Shown piece after piece: positions 45,800 through 58,610 of a stretch of DNA of 64,000 nt (position 1 is the stretch's first letter; each line of letters starts with the position of its first letter). The notes under the pieces were generated by a model, which was not told the origin of the DNA, did not search any database, and was given only the letters and a program-made list of their open reading frames with translations. The DNA lies in assembly GCA_010093605.1 (NCBI GenBank), contig MU004183.1, positions 1,426,001 to 1,490,000 of the forward strand. Direction: 5' to 3'. This DNA comes from Lophium mytilinum. Lineage: Eukaryota. The position numbers and the translations under genes are program-made.

Positions 45800-48479
45800 T
45801 TACGGTGGATAGGTAGAAGTTAGATTATACGTCTCTCTTATGGTACCCAAGTCACGCATAATATTACTAGCGCTCTTCCGTCCTATTTTTCCCTCGCCTG
45901 GAACGTCCTTTTCAACAATGAGTAACCCTTGCTGGATTAGATTCAAGAATTCGCAGAAGAAATTGGAGTAGAGAACGTCAGACCGCATTTCGTTGATGAA
46001 CTGTTGTTTCATACGCGTCAGTAACACCTTCAACTTGATGTGGAAGAGACCATGTAAAAGGAGCAAGAACTGACCTTCGTGACCGATTCTTTTACCTTGG
46101 GCGTCCGCGTAACTGTCCCAGCGTCTTCATCCTTTACAATCGTAAAGAATGTATCGGTCTTCATACCACCCCAGAAGTCATCGAAAGCCAGTCGCTTTTT
46201 CTTGAATTCATCGACGTACGCCCAGCCGCCAAAATACCACGCAATAAACTCAAGATAGACGCATCCGAGCGTCCAAATATCGTAGGATATACTAATATCC
46301 GGGTTTGAGAGATCGCACTCGGGCGCTCGGTATGAGGGCGAGTTTGGGACCGTTCCACTACGAGTCGACACGGAGTGTTGAGTGCTGAAGTGAGAAATGC
46401 CGAAGTCTGTGATTTTCAGGATGCCTTTCCCGCCCTTGGGGTCTGGAAACCAGAGAATATTTTGGGGTTTGATGTCGCCATGGCGGCCATACAGTCGGAC
46501 GCTATTCATTCCTTTCATTCGTTCCCCTTGAGTAGCGATCACTTCCTTTTTCCATTTATCGTCTGGCAGAGAATTGGAATGATGCAGGTGAAGGAGAGAA
46601 CTTCCTGAAGTGGTGTTGTATTTGTGGATTTGTGAGAGCCCCTCTGCCAAACCTTGGCACTGTTCCACTAACCATAGAACGGTGTCTCTGTCTTTGGGTG
46701 GGTTGGAGTTTTTGAACTTCCAATATCCTAGGAGATCGGCTTCGGCCCAGGGAAATATGAGATGGTATCTTCCGGCTTGTTCATATGTTGCTAGCAGGGT
46801 TATGAGATGAGGATGGGCGTGGGCAGTGCTAAAGCTCTTCAATATAGCAACTTCCCGCTTAAAATCTGCTTTCTCAACCGAGGACAGCTCCTTGACGGCA
46901 AAAATATCTGCTGGATGCTTAGATCCCTAGCTCCCAATCAGCATCTATGATTTGGACACTTTGTAATAGATGCAACGGACCACATACCTCTGCCATGGGA
47001 AATCCGTGCTGATCGGAAGGAATCTCGACCCTATACACCTGGCCATTTCCCCCCGGAGGCGCTGCTATATTGTAAGAAGTGAATGGCAGAACGGTTTGAG
47101 GCTGGAGGCGGTAATGCGACACGCGCCTTCGGCCCTTGGGTGCAAAATAGGGAGCGAGAAAAGTCCACTGAGTCTCCTCGAAACGAGAGATGGTGCTGCT
47201 TCTCCATTTTTTGAAACATCGACATGGTGGAGACTCTGGGGCAGCATTCTTGCGCCGCATTTCTAATTTGAAAGGTTTCCGCGGTTTCGAAAGAGCAAGA
47301 GGGAGATCGGCATCACAGACGCCTTCCTCGACGAAAGAAGAAATTCTGTGGGATCTCTCAAGCAGTAACAAGATGGCAAATATCTTCCGGTACGATTTTT
47401 GTCTGGAAGGCATCTTAAGATGTTCATCCTCGGTGTCCGAACTAACTTCATAATACTGGAAGTCGCCACAGATTTTGGATGCCACTTCCTGGAGATTGGC
47501 TTTCGGTTTTCCCGGTTGAGGACGCTTGCGCAGCCATGAATCGTACGATTCGAGCGCCGGTTCGACTGTCTTGGGGATAATTAATTTCAATAACTTAGGG
47601 GTGGGCATGAATCCTCTGCTTTGGCCTTTCCAGTGATTCACCTTGACCGCTCCGAACACTTGATCAAGCAGTCGCGCGAGGGATACATCATAGCTCGAGG
47701 CAAGTGGAAATGAATCTGTCTGCCTTCTTTTGAAGTTTCGGTGGGCTGCCTCATCGCCCAGATCTGTGATTACTGTAATCGCTGTAGTCTCACTGAGCGC
47801 AGGCCGGCCGTGTTTAGAATCAGTTACCACTAAGAATTCCTGCCCGCGGATTGCAAGCCGGGCTGGGTCGTCAGCGGTAAGCGCATCCCGAGGACCAGGA
47901 GTGGTATATTCCTGAGAATGCTAAGTTATCAAATCGGCGCACAAGTTTGAGTTGCCTTACTGTGGGTCCTAGGTCTTCTTCGTCCAATTCGGGGTTTGGA
48001 TGTTCTATATCGCTGCCGCCGTCCCCTTCTGTCAGGCTAAGTCTATAGGGATCACGGTCCAAGTCCGTGGTGTCTATCGAAACGTTCTGAGTTGAGGCTT
48101 CTCTAGGCTGCTTGGATGTTGGCGCTTCGTGTTCATCGTCGAGTTCGATCGATACGACCACGCCAGGCGGAGTAACTGTAGCCTTGGGGAATTTGGCCCG
48201 CGAACGTGTGGCTAGCTCTGGCTCGAAGGCTGAAGAATGTTAAGACTACTATCTCCATTTTGTGGCTGGTTGTCTACCTAGAGGTGGTAAAACTTTTGGG
48301 GCTCCGTTCTGAGTCATCGCGCCGTTCATCGCAGCGACAAGGTCGTCAGCGTCCTCAAGGACGCCGACAGCCTTGCCGATACTTAGGCTCTCGAGGGACT
48401 GAAGTGGCTTAAATTGCGGCGTAAGTTCACCGGCACGGATTTTCGAGCCAGCAGGAGAACTATCCAGTAAGAAAGACAT
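45800..48479 (-). CDS. Multi-exon fungal Ser/Thr protein kinase-like protein (HET-kinase-type, no HET domain); start uncertain
   Basis: GGNGQVYRV, IFAVKEL, HPHLITLLATY, HGDIKPQNILWF, LKITDFG, YRAPE, DIWTLGCVYLEF. Pre-kinase domain RKIFAIL...DADLPL...FEETQWTFLAP. Confidence 0.85.
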
Positions 48480-48977
48480 GTAACAATAGGGCGACAGGCA
48501 GGCGGACGTGTTTGGTTGCCTTCCGGGATATGGACTGTCATAAATACTCCAGCTTCAGAACCTGGCGTTTCTGGCGGCGATGCCTGCTGGCCCCTCTGGC
48601 CAGCTCCCGAGTCTGATGACTTCAGTGCGGCGGATTTGACGAGGCTGTGGCATGATCCTTTCCTTTTCGGAATCCATGCATGGCCACCCCATTCAGCTGG
48701 TCCCTGTTTGAGGTGGTCACTGAACGAGGCTATTGCCTGGCGGTGTTGTTTTCCACCCCCAACTGGCGGCTCCCCGAATCCCATAATTGGGCGCCACACC
48801 GCTGCGGCTGATGGAGGCTTGACCAGGATACTTTCCCAGAAGACATACTTGGGGGCCTTGGGGATGAGTGAGTTCTGAAATAGCGCCCAGTGGTCTTCAT
48901 GGGACATTCATCTCGACCTAGATTTACCTCCGTAGCCTCGTCTATTATCTTGCCACCATTTCTCAGCCTCAAAAAGA

Positions 48978-49364
48978 ATGGGTGTAAGGAATTTAGTCGC
49001 TCGAACCCTCCGTGTGGCTCGACAACCCAAGGAGACGCTCCATCCGCAACATGATCGCGATCGTCCGCGACATGATCGCGAGCCTGAGCAGGACGTCTGC
49101 GTTGGAAAAATCAATCCGGTCAAGTTGGTCGAAAAGTTGCAATCCGCATTTGGCCCTGGATCCTTCGAAGTTCATGTAAGAAACCCCATATTGCTGATCA
49201 GTTATAGCTGCCAACAGCTAACCTTTCGAGCCGCAGATGATGCACAATGTGTACTGCATCCGAGCTCCAAGAGATCTGTTACCGGTAAGACATCACCCTG
49301 CGCCTTTCAAGTGAGCTTGAAACTGACTGACGGTATGAAGGATGAGCTTTCGGAGTGTCAGTAG
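48978..49364 (+). CDS. Small 89-aa hypothetical protein, 3 exons
   Basis: Exons 48978-49175, 49237-49284 and 49341-49364 splice in phase 0 to ...KINPVKLVEKLQSAFGPGSFEVH|MMHNVYCIRAPRDLLP|DELSECQ*. Confidence 0.7.
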   Translation: MGVRNLVARTLRVARQPKETLHPQHDRDRPRHDREPEQDVCVGKINPVKLVEKLQSAFGPGSFEVHVRNPILLISYSCQQLTFRAADDAQCVLHPSSKRSVTGKTSPCAFQVSLKLTDGMKDELSECQ

Positions 49365-50100
49365 TTCCAAGCCGAGCGTATCAGTCGCCCTAAACAACAC
49401 ACGCGAACTCGAATATCGGAACCTAGCGTCTATGATAATGGTTTAGGACGGATCTTCGGGAGCCGACTAGTTGTTTTTTGTACCTGATCGGCGTGTAGTT
49501 CGCAGGAGTCAGCACGTCGTGTATAAGGATATTTCTCAGATCTTCTTTGAAGTTAGTTCATGCACGACTCCGGACTGTTTTTTTGATAGCCTTGAAGGCT
49601 GCGAGCAGATATTGTGGGCGGATGGTGGCATGTTCGGGAGAGGGAATGGGCGTTCAATTCACATGATTTTCCAGGTTTAGTTTTGTGCTCCGCCCCACGC
49701 CGTGCAGGAGGCGCTCGGCCCATGCAGAGCTCCCGCAAAACTTGCCCACCTATTCGCCGGCGGCACGAGGACATAATTGCTTTTGCATACAGGCAGACAG
49801 GCTGCCTTCTTGCAACGGGCTCAGCTCCGCCCAAAGCTGCATCCGATCGCCCCCATCCATCACGACGACGACCAATCGATGCCAAATTCAAGACATTTCT
49901 GTGCGGGGCCGCAGCAAGCGGGCTGCATCTCGAGCATGCTGCCGTCCATCGAGTTCAGTGAGGCTCTGCTAGAGCCTCTCTTTGTAGGATAAGTATGTCT
50001 GCCTTGTCAGGCTGGATTATGGGGGCTGTCCGCCCCTTCGAGCGCTATTTGGACTCTCTATCTCAGCCTTGTCCAGCTTTGTAGTCCATACGCAGGAGCA

Positions 50101-53100
50101 ATGTCTGAATCGACAGACATATCGGAAATCCTGGTGCATGGAACTGTGGAGAGCCATTTCGACAGCCGACCTCAAAAGTTCGTGCCCGAAAGAAGCGTCG
50201 TCGACGATGTCATCAACAGCAAGTCTATTCTTGACAATGCCATCAACAGGGTCTCCATTCTGGAACAGATGGACGTAGACGAGCCGATCGAAGAAGAACA
50301 CAACCTGCTCGTTGACTACATCTTAAGAGGGGCGAAAAAGATCTTTGCCATCTCAATTAGTATCGGCCTCGAGGATGCGCCGCTGCGGAAAGCCATGTCA
50401 TTTTTCAAAGCTAACGGCTTCAACGATGAAAAACTTCCAATTACCCATAGACAATTAGACCACCTTGCTTCTCTCGAGATTGGCGTGAAAGTCCGCAAAA
50501 TCTGGTCTAGAGTCAGAATATCCCAATTTTTTGACAAACAGTGGGAATTCTCAGCACAAATCTTTTCGACAGCCGAATTCAACCATGATCTCCCACAGAA
50601 ATCCATCCTTCCCTTCACCTCAATGAAAAAAGTCGCCAAGGGCTCGTTCGGTGGGGTCTACAAAACTCAGATCCATTCTGCTCATTTTGTTGACCCACAG
50701 AAACCGGTGAGGATCTGCCGCACCACGTCGTTGCGGCGTTTGCTGATTTAGAATAGGGGACACCTTGCCCTAAATTTTTCGCAGTCAAGAAATTGGAGCC
50801 AGAAAACGAAAGTGACAGCCAGAAAGTGGCGAGAAATTGGGACATCGAAGTTAAAGCTCTAAGGAAAATGAACAACCTCAATCAAGATCACATTGTACGG
50901 TTTATCACCGCCTTCCGCCGCCGTGGTAAACCGGATCATGACGATCACACTAGCATTGAACACTGGTCTGAACACTGTCTCATATTCGAATGGGCTGAAG
51001 GCGGTAGTCTCCGTGACTACTGGAAAAATAACCCTCGTCCTTCCCTAACGGCATCGTTGGTGAAAGCTACGATCAAGCAGCTTCTTGGTCTCGCGGGAGC
51101 GCTTGAGAGAGCTCACAATCTCAACAATACTGGCGCGTCATATCGCCACGGTGATCTGAAACCAGAGAACATCCTTTTGTTCCCGGACGGTAGTGAAATA
51201 GGTATCTTTAAGATTGGCGACTGGGGTGTGGCCAAGGAGCATAACATCGTCACTGAAATGCGCTTTGGCAGTACTGGAGCTGAATACGGAACTCGTCGGT
51301 ACGAATCGCCAGAGGTAGAGACAGGCGTGAGGCTGACCTTCTTGGACCAGGCGCCGAAGCGCCGATCCCGCCTCTACGACATATGGGCCATGGGCTGCAT
51401 CACTCTTGAGTGGATCGTCTGGCTCCTTTATGGCTGGGACGGACTGAATACATTCAATCAAAACGTTAAAGGGGAGGTTTCTAACCACTCTCCGTTTTAC
51501 CAACTCACTGTCAAGAACAGCAAAAAGGTAGCTAGAGTGCACGACATTGTGGTGCAGTGGTTGAAACATATGGCTCGGGATCCCGTCTGCCAGGTGGGCA
51601 CGACCGCACTGGGAGATCTCCTCGAAGTGGTCCAGAGAGACCTCCTTGTGGTCAAGCTTCCACGAAGAATGGGCTCCACCTTAGGCATCACAGATTCCCA
51701 ACAACCGTTTACGATACCTACCTCCACACCCCTGAATCCAGACGAAACATTCTCGCCGGAGCCTCCCAGCCCACTAGAGCAGTCAACACGAAGCATCCCC
51801 CCGATCCCGTCAATTGACATCACCCCGGCAGCAGAGGCCCCAGCAGCAGCGCCAGAGCCGATCAGGATTCCCGTGCAGCAGGAGCCAGAGTCTGAAGGCC
51901 CGGCCCGCGTTCTCTCAGACGAATTTCGCCAAAGGTTGGATTTCATCTACTGCGAGGATGTGGATGAGGTGGACAACTACTGGTTCACGGCTAAGTCACC
52001 CTTACCCGCTCCCGTAGATCCTGATGGTAGCTCTCTGCGATCCTCAGCTCAGGATGGGTCTGAGTATTACACGACCGAGAGAACGCGAAGTGGGCGGTCA
52101 TCGAGGGATGGCCTATCTAGTACTAAAGGCCTCGTGGTACCCGATCAAGAGAAGGTGGACTATGCACACCCAAATCTTGACAACAAATGGGAATTTGACG
52201 TGGACAATGATTTCGCCTCCAGTCTGTTCTCCAGCTTCAGAAAATCCGGTTCATTTGAGGTAGCTCAGCCTCTCAAGTTATCAAGGCTCTGCAGAGAATG
52301 TCTAGATATGAAGGAAAGACTATGGAAACCAGCATTCAGCGTCACCTATGACCTGCCAGGTCTACGTATAAGGTCCGTTCGTAAGGAATGCGACTTGTGC
52401 GTCTTACTTTGGAATACCTGCGAGCGACATGGAGGCACGAAATACCCAACTGTACAGCTTGAGAAAAACAAGTTCTCGAAGTTTTCGCTCACGATGAATG
52501 GAGGCGAGCATTCCGTTCTCTCCATATTTCGGGCTCTAGGTAAGTCTTCTCCAACTCTGCAATTATCGGCGCGACACCTCTACTGACACACATAAAAGTA
52601 GACTCCAAAATCCCAACCGATAACAGTATCCCCATTGGCTTTGCTAAGCTTCCAGAAGCGGGCGAACATACTCATCTCGAAGTTATTCGACAATGGCTTA
52701 ACAACTGCGATGTCAAGCACAGTCACTCTGCATACCAACCCGCCACACAAGAAGACAAATCCCGGGACATACCAACGAAGAGGTTACCAACAAGGTTGAT
52801 TGATGTTGGCAAGTCTGACGACAAGACAGTTCGTCTCTGGGAGACCGGCCCCAAAGACATAGGAGAATGGATCGCTTTGTCCTATCAATGGGGCGCACCG
52901 CCGCATTTCGATACCAACCGCAGTAACCTTAAAAAGCATATTAATGGCATAGATTTCGAGACTCTACCGGCTACTTTCAAGGACGCTGTGATTGTCACGC
53001 GCGGTCTGGGCATCCGCTATCTCTGGATTGACTCCTTGTGCATTATCCAGGGGACGGGGGGAGACTTCAATCAAGAGGCCAGGCGTATGGAAGATGTGTA

Positions 53101-54248
53101 CAGTGGTGCTTATTGCGTAATTGCTGCTAGTTGTGCGACTGGCCACTACTCGGGCTTCCTCCAGGCGCGGAATGATAGGGACTACGTTACCCTGCAAAAT
53201 GAAAATCAAACGCCCTTCTACATCTGCCAGGCGATCGACGACTTCAATGCCCATGTATCGGAAGGGGCCCTTAATCGTCGCGGTTGGGTGCTTCAGGAGC
53301 ATGCTCTCGCTCGTCGATCAATCTTCTTCACAAAGCATCAGACATACTGGGAGTGTGGTGACGGGGTGCGATGCGAAACCATGACGAAAATGAGAAAGTA
53401 AGTGTCTTTGTGCCGCTGTTGGCGACAAACTCCTCTTTCAAACCTTGCTAATCCTGTATAGTAACCTGGCTGCCTTACTAGGCGACTCTAGTTTCCCACA
53501 AATTGTCGAAAACGCTCCGCAGGGAGAGAAAATCTTGCGTTATCAAGACTTCTACAAAAGATATTCTCAGCTCGGTCTTTCGAACCCCTACGATCGACCC
53601 ATGGCAATCGATGGACTCCAGCGACGTCTTCTTCGCACTATGAAGGCAAAGGGAGGGTTCGGAATGTTTGACGAAGAAGGCAATAAAGGTTTTCTTCGCC
53701 GAAGCTTGTTATGGCACCGCCTGGAACAAGACTCAGAGGGCAGACCAGTCGCAAATACCCTATCACGCATTAAGTTTCCTGCTGACCGTACCATCTCGGT
53801 GGTCCCTTCGTGGTCGTGGATGGCTTACACAGGCGCAATCGACTTTTTCAAGCTCGATTTTGGCGGTTTTGAGTGGGAGGAAATCCGGCCGCCCTGGTCA
53901 CGGAGCCCCAGCAACGGGCTTCAATCTGACCGAGGGGACTCTGTAGCATTGACCGCGGTGGTCAGGGGCTTTGATCCAGATGCTGCTGTGGAAGGAGAGG
54001 GCATACTCGTAATTGACAGTTTGGGAGGATCAGAGCAGTCCAAAACTATGTGTGTGGTGTTGGGGATTGAGAAGGATGTTCCGACGAAGAAAGTCAAGTG
54101 TGCGGAAGACAAAATTCACTTCTTCCTAGTTGTCACTCCCACGGGAGGACTGGATCGTAATGGGAGCAAGCGCTTTGAGAGAGTGGGAGCAGGTTATTTG
54201 CCTAGAAAGTGCATTGGACCTCCTGGCGACACTATCGTCATTCATTAG
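50101..54248 (+). CDS. Protein kinase - HET domain fusion protein, 4 exons
   Basis: Kinase motifs AKGSFGGVYK, FAVKKL, RHGDLKPENIL, KIGDWG, YESPE, DIWAMGCI. HET motifs WIALSYQWG, LPATFKDAV, YLWIDSLCIIQ, RGWVLQE, VPSWSWMA. Introns near 50707, 52540 and 53398. Confidence 0.92.
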
Positions 54249-54799
54249 GAGCTTTTCCTTGTCCGGATGTGTGGCGGGATCTAGGACACGACGAGCGTAC
54301 TCTTCCTACTCAAACTTATAATACTGTTGACCCCGCTATAGTTCCCGAAAGGTGCTATTAACCCAACAAGACCGCAGGTGTCGAAGCTGCTAAGTGGCAC
54401 GCCATACTCTGTAAGTGGTATAAACAACTACATGTCCGATCCTCTGGGGTAAACAAAACAGGACAGCCACCTCTCTACGTCAAATAGCAGGCGCAGCAAC
54501 CTAGCACCACCAGTGGCTAACGACCAAAAGTCAAGGTACATGTATATTCTCGTCTTTGCACAATGTTTCGATCTTGTTTCTACGGAGTACTTCGGCATTC
54601 CTTTGCATCGCAAGTACTCAATGTCCTCTCACGTAGGGGATACACCTTTACCTTCACAAAGCGCACATTTGCCGCTTTCTCAAGTTCAAGAAAAAAGTTA
54701 AATACTTCCTCTAGCTTTTCTATCCCCATCTACACTACTACTACCGTTTGTGCCGATACCGCATCTTTCGAGACTCACAACCAGACAAACCCCGCCAGG

Positions 54800-55873
54800 A
54801 TGACGTCTCAAGATGAAGTAGTTCACAAAGAACGCGTCGACGCATGGGAAATGTTTGTTCTCGGATTGGAAGATGTCGACGGGGTGTCGGAGGAGCCGGC
54901 AGATCAATTCGAAGTCGTCAACTCAACATCGCTCGTGGTTCCGTTCCGTGAACTTATCAACTTGAGGGGTCCAACCAAGTTCTTCTGGAGGGGGTTCCAG
55001 CGCTTCCAAGAAGCAATGCGCTACGACCATGCCGGCACAGTAGATATGCTTGCATCGCACATCAACAATCGCATGGCCTTTTGCGATGAGTCGGATCTGG
55101 ACACGTACCGTAAGATTTGCGACTTGGAAGAGCTCATGGAACAACTTTGCGCGGCTCTTGACGACAAAGAGGACGTTTCTGAGGCCATCAAGTCTAGCAA
55201 CATCTTATCCTCCATGTACGAGGCTGGACAAAATGTACGCAAGCAGCTCGACGAGGGCGTGAGGATGTTAGCAGGCTGCAATGAGGTAAGCCGCACTTAC
55301 GTACCAGCCGGGTATCCAATACCTGTCAGCTCAGTCTCAACACGCTACGAGGGCCCACCAGAGAATTGCAGTATTTGTTTCGATATGGTTGGACCTCGTA
55401 ACGGCAGAGCAATCGCATGCCACCACGCCTTCCACTGGGACTGCCTTGAAGACTTGATAAACAGTGCTAATGACGGGAGCAATAAATGCCCACTGTGTCG
55501 AGACATCATATGCGACCGCCGAGCTCGCACTCCAGGTCCCGATGAGCATCACTTCAACCAACGCCTAGCCCTTGAAGCGATTCATTCCGTATACTACGCT
55601 CGGTTGAATTTAGCCACGCTTCGGTCGCTGTATAATTGTATTTTTGCGGAAGAGCCCCCCTGGGACTGGTTGAATCCGGACCATTCGTGGGAGGATTGGC
55701 CGCGAGATGAGTTAGACTACGACGATGAGGACGATGATGACGAAGAGAGCGATGAGGACGACCAACATGACGACGAGGGCAATGAGGACGATGATGAGAG
55801 CAGTTCAACGGGCTCCGGAGCTGCTTTCAATGACTTCGACGTCGAAATGAAGGACGTAGATGAAGAGCTCTAG
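54800..55873 (+). CDS. RING-H2 finger protein with an acidic C-terminal tail
   Basis: CSIC...CHHAFHWDC...CPLC; D/E-rich tail. Confidence 0.85.
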   Translation: MTSQDEVVHKERVDAWEMFVLGLEDVDGVSEEPADQFEVVNSTSLVVPFRELINLRGPTKFFWRGFQRFQEAMRYDHAGTVDMLASHINNRMAFCDESDLDTYRKICDLEELMEQLCAALDDKEDVSEAIKSSNILSSMYEAGQNVRKQLDEGVRMLAGCNEVSRTYVPAGYPIPVSSVSTRYEGPPENCSICFDMVGPRNGRAIACHHAFHWDCLEDLINSANDGSNKCPLCRDIICDRRARTPGPDEHHFNQRLALEAIHSVYYARLNLATLRSLYNCIFAEEPPWDWLNPDHSWEDWPRDELDYDDEDDDDEESDEDDQHDDEGNEDDDESSSTGSGAAFNDFDVEMKDVDEEL

Positions 55874-56620
55874 GCCAACGCGTAGTTGTAAGATAGTTAA
55901 GTTGTGCTAATAAGACACCCTTTCTTCCAATTCTTACTCGTTTTCGTGAATAAATCTAGAAACTGACCCATCTATTACTATATACCCATTTGCATTGTTT
56001 CATCCACTTATACTCATGTCACTAATTTGTAACCTTGTTGTTCTTGTAAACATATTTCGAAATTGTGATTAGTTCTCCTACATGTAAATATGCCAGAATC
56101 AATGCTATCTAAACCTCCGGAGCACCTGTGTGAGCTGAGTTGACTGTTTGTTTTGCATGTCCAGATACCCTCTCAAGATACCTCTGCATAAGACAGGCTT
56201 CTCAAAAGTGCGATATACTGTTCCCGAGGCCGTGAAATAGCTATGTGCTAAAGGCTTCAAAGAATTCTACCAAAAGTTTAGAGCGCATAGATTACGTTTA
56301 CTTCGTTATGCGCTTGCGCAGCTAAACACATTTCTGAGATGACCCTGCATGAATTGGGTTTCCGGAGAGTAAGCTGTAAAGTTTCGAAGACTAAAAGCTA
56401 GATGTTACAAAAGTCAGATACAGCATTGGGCTAGGTAGGCCAGCTTCAAGGCTAGGTACTCTGATTACCAGCCTAGTATTATAGATCAACTTGTACCTTC
56501 TATATCAGCTTTGATGGGACGTTCGTCTGCAATTAACTAGGGATCTTGATATTGACTAATTGAAGATTTTCCACACTCCCGTTGGGTTGAATTGATTGCC
56601 CAAACTTCAATCATCTCAGT

Positions 56621-57874
56621 TCAACGGTGTGACTGGTTGATGGAACGGTAGGCGGATAGTGTTATCAAGTTGAAACTCCCAGAACCCGCTATAGAGAGCT
56701 CCTGCTCATCCATATCTGCCACGAGGTCCTGCAACTCCTGACTTAGCTCCTCCAGCTCGTCCTCACTAACTTCCGAATCGCTTCCGTCCTCCATTCCGAT
56801 CTCAGTGCTCTCCCAAAGGAGACTACTCTCCGAGATTGCATCACCCTCAACCTCTTCTGACTTGTTGTCCTTAGGAACAAACTCTGGACCCTCATCCACG
56901 CCCCAGTCTTCCCAGGAGCACTGCTTCACGTCCTTAACAACCAGCCAATTTAGCTCAGGCGTGTCGCCGAAGATGAACTCATATAGACTCATCAACTGAG
57001 CATGTTCTTGCCTCGCGAAGAAGATCGCATGCATCCCCATGACCGTAGCGCGCTGATCGAAGAAATGCAGCGTTGGTCCCGGCACCCTCGTACGACGCTC
57101 GCATAGCTGAAGCCGGCAGTACGGGCACCGATTGCTGTTATTCGCCGTCCCATTCACCATCATGCGAAGGCACTTCCGGTGCACGACGTGCGAGCAGGGG
57201 ATGCTTACTGCGTCAGGTATGTCGGCATCCTCGAGGCATACGGCACAGTCCGCTGGGGGCCCGAAGTAGGGGACTGAGAATGGCTGGATAAGGATAGAAT
57301 CACCGGCCGCTTCGTAGGTGTCTTCGTAGGTGTGGCAATATCTAAGCAATTTGACGCCGTCGTTAATCTGCTCGCGGAGGGCTTGGCCAATCTCCCACAT
57401 CTCTTTCGGGATGCTGCTCGTGCGAATTGCGGACAGAAAATGGCCGCCGCGCTGCTTCCGAGACTCGGTAGGAAAGGACTTGACCTCCTCCAGCATTTCG
57501 TCAATCCGATCCCTGAACTCGTCCCGCTGGAACGTAGTCGGCTTCTTGGTGTAATCAGCCTGCACGTTCACTATGGTGATGTGGCTATTACACTCAGCCA
57601 CAGGGTGGTGCACCATCGCGCACTGGAATGCTCCGATTGCGAGTAGGAAGTCCTTAGCTTTCATGTCGATGGTTTCGCGACGGCGTGGGAGGAAGTGCCC
57701 GAAGTGACAGTCGCTGAAGTCGTCATGCTTGTCATTGAACAGATCGTGCTCGTATTGTTGGGCAGGGTCTTCATCGCGGTCCTTGAGTTCTTGGCAGGCG
57801 TTTCGGAGGCGACGCCAGGCTGAAAGATGATATTCGATCCCAGAGGGGCTGGGTCTATTTCTGACGGTCCGCAT
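56621..57874 (-). CDS. RING-H2 finger protein, paralogue of 54800-55873
   Basis: CAVC...CSHVVHRKC...CPYC; shared flanks (MWEIGQALREQINDGV, YFGPPADC, CERRTRVPGP..H.F.QR); acidic tail. Confidence 0.85.
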   Translation of the reverse strand: MRTVRNRPSPSGIEYHLSAWRRLRNACQELKDRDEDPAQQYEHDLFNDKHDDFSDCHFGHFLPRRRETIDMKAKDFLLAIGAFQCAMVHHPVAECNSHITIVNVQADYTKKPTTFQRDEFRDRIDEMLEEVKSFPTESRKQRGGHFLSAIRTSSIPKEMWEIGQALREQINDGVKLLRYCHTYEDTYEAAGDSILIQPFSVPYFGPPADCAVCLEDADIPDAVSIPCSHVVHRKCLRMMVNGTANNSNRCPYCRLQLCERRTRVPGPTLHFFDQRATVMGMHAIFFARQEHAQLMSLYEFIFGDTPELNWLVVKDVKQCSWEDWGVDEGPEFVPKDNKSEEVEGDAISESSLLWESTEIGMEDGSDSEVSEDELEELSQELQDLVADMDEQELSIAGSGSFNLITLSAYRSINQSHR

Positions 57875-57882
57875 TTGCTTAT

Positions 57883-58003
57883 GATGGTGTGTTTATAATG
57901 ATGTCGTTATGATGGTGTGGATATGATGGTGTGGATATGATGATGTGGATATGATGATGTGGATATGATGGTGTGGATATGATGGTGTGGTTATGATAGT
58001 GTG
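57883..58003. repeat. 14-bp tandem repeat (gatggtgtggatat)n, about 7-8 copies, just upstream of the second RING gene
   Basis: Directly visible repeated gatg(g/a)tgtgg(a/t)tat. Confidence 0.85.
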
Positions 58004-58610
58004 GAGACACGAAGTTGGAATTGGGTTGTGGAGACTGTCAAGCAGGACGTATATCTGAGCTAAGGATTTGAGTGGCATTGCCGGTAGCGAAAGTGAATGG
58101 ATAGAAGCGCGGTGGTAGACGTCGTGAAACTTACAAGCGTACGAAAAGGTGAACGCGTAAAGATCAAAGTAGGTATGAGAGCATATACTAAGTGCGGTCA
58201 CCTAGAGGCCGGATATATCATCTTCAAAATGCATGTTTTGAACAATAGCTTAGTGCTGCACCTCCGGGCTTCTATTTGCCCTAGGTATGTATAGCTCAAG
58301 TTAGGTAGAGGCAAGGAAACTTTTTTGAAGGGCTTTTTTGACGTTCTTGGAATTGACTAAGACTAATACGATCTTCAAATGACTTGAAGTGGCCTCTACG
58401 CTAGTTCAATAAGTTTCTTACCTAGTTTAAGCAAGCCTAATTGACTTGCCAGCCGTTAAAGAGCACGAGTTACGAGAAGCAAGAGATTCGCAGAAGCAAC
58501 CCATTCTATGGCCTACACAAAACTAATCCAACGCCCTGCGAAGAGAGGCAAGGAGTTTCCGTATTCCTTCAATTCGGAAATTATGAGCTTTAGCGGTCGT
58601 TTTCGTCTCT

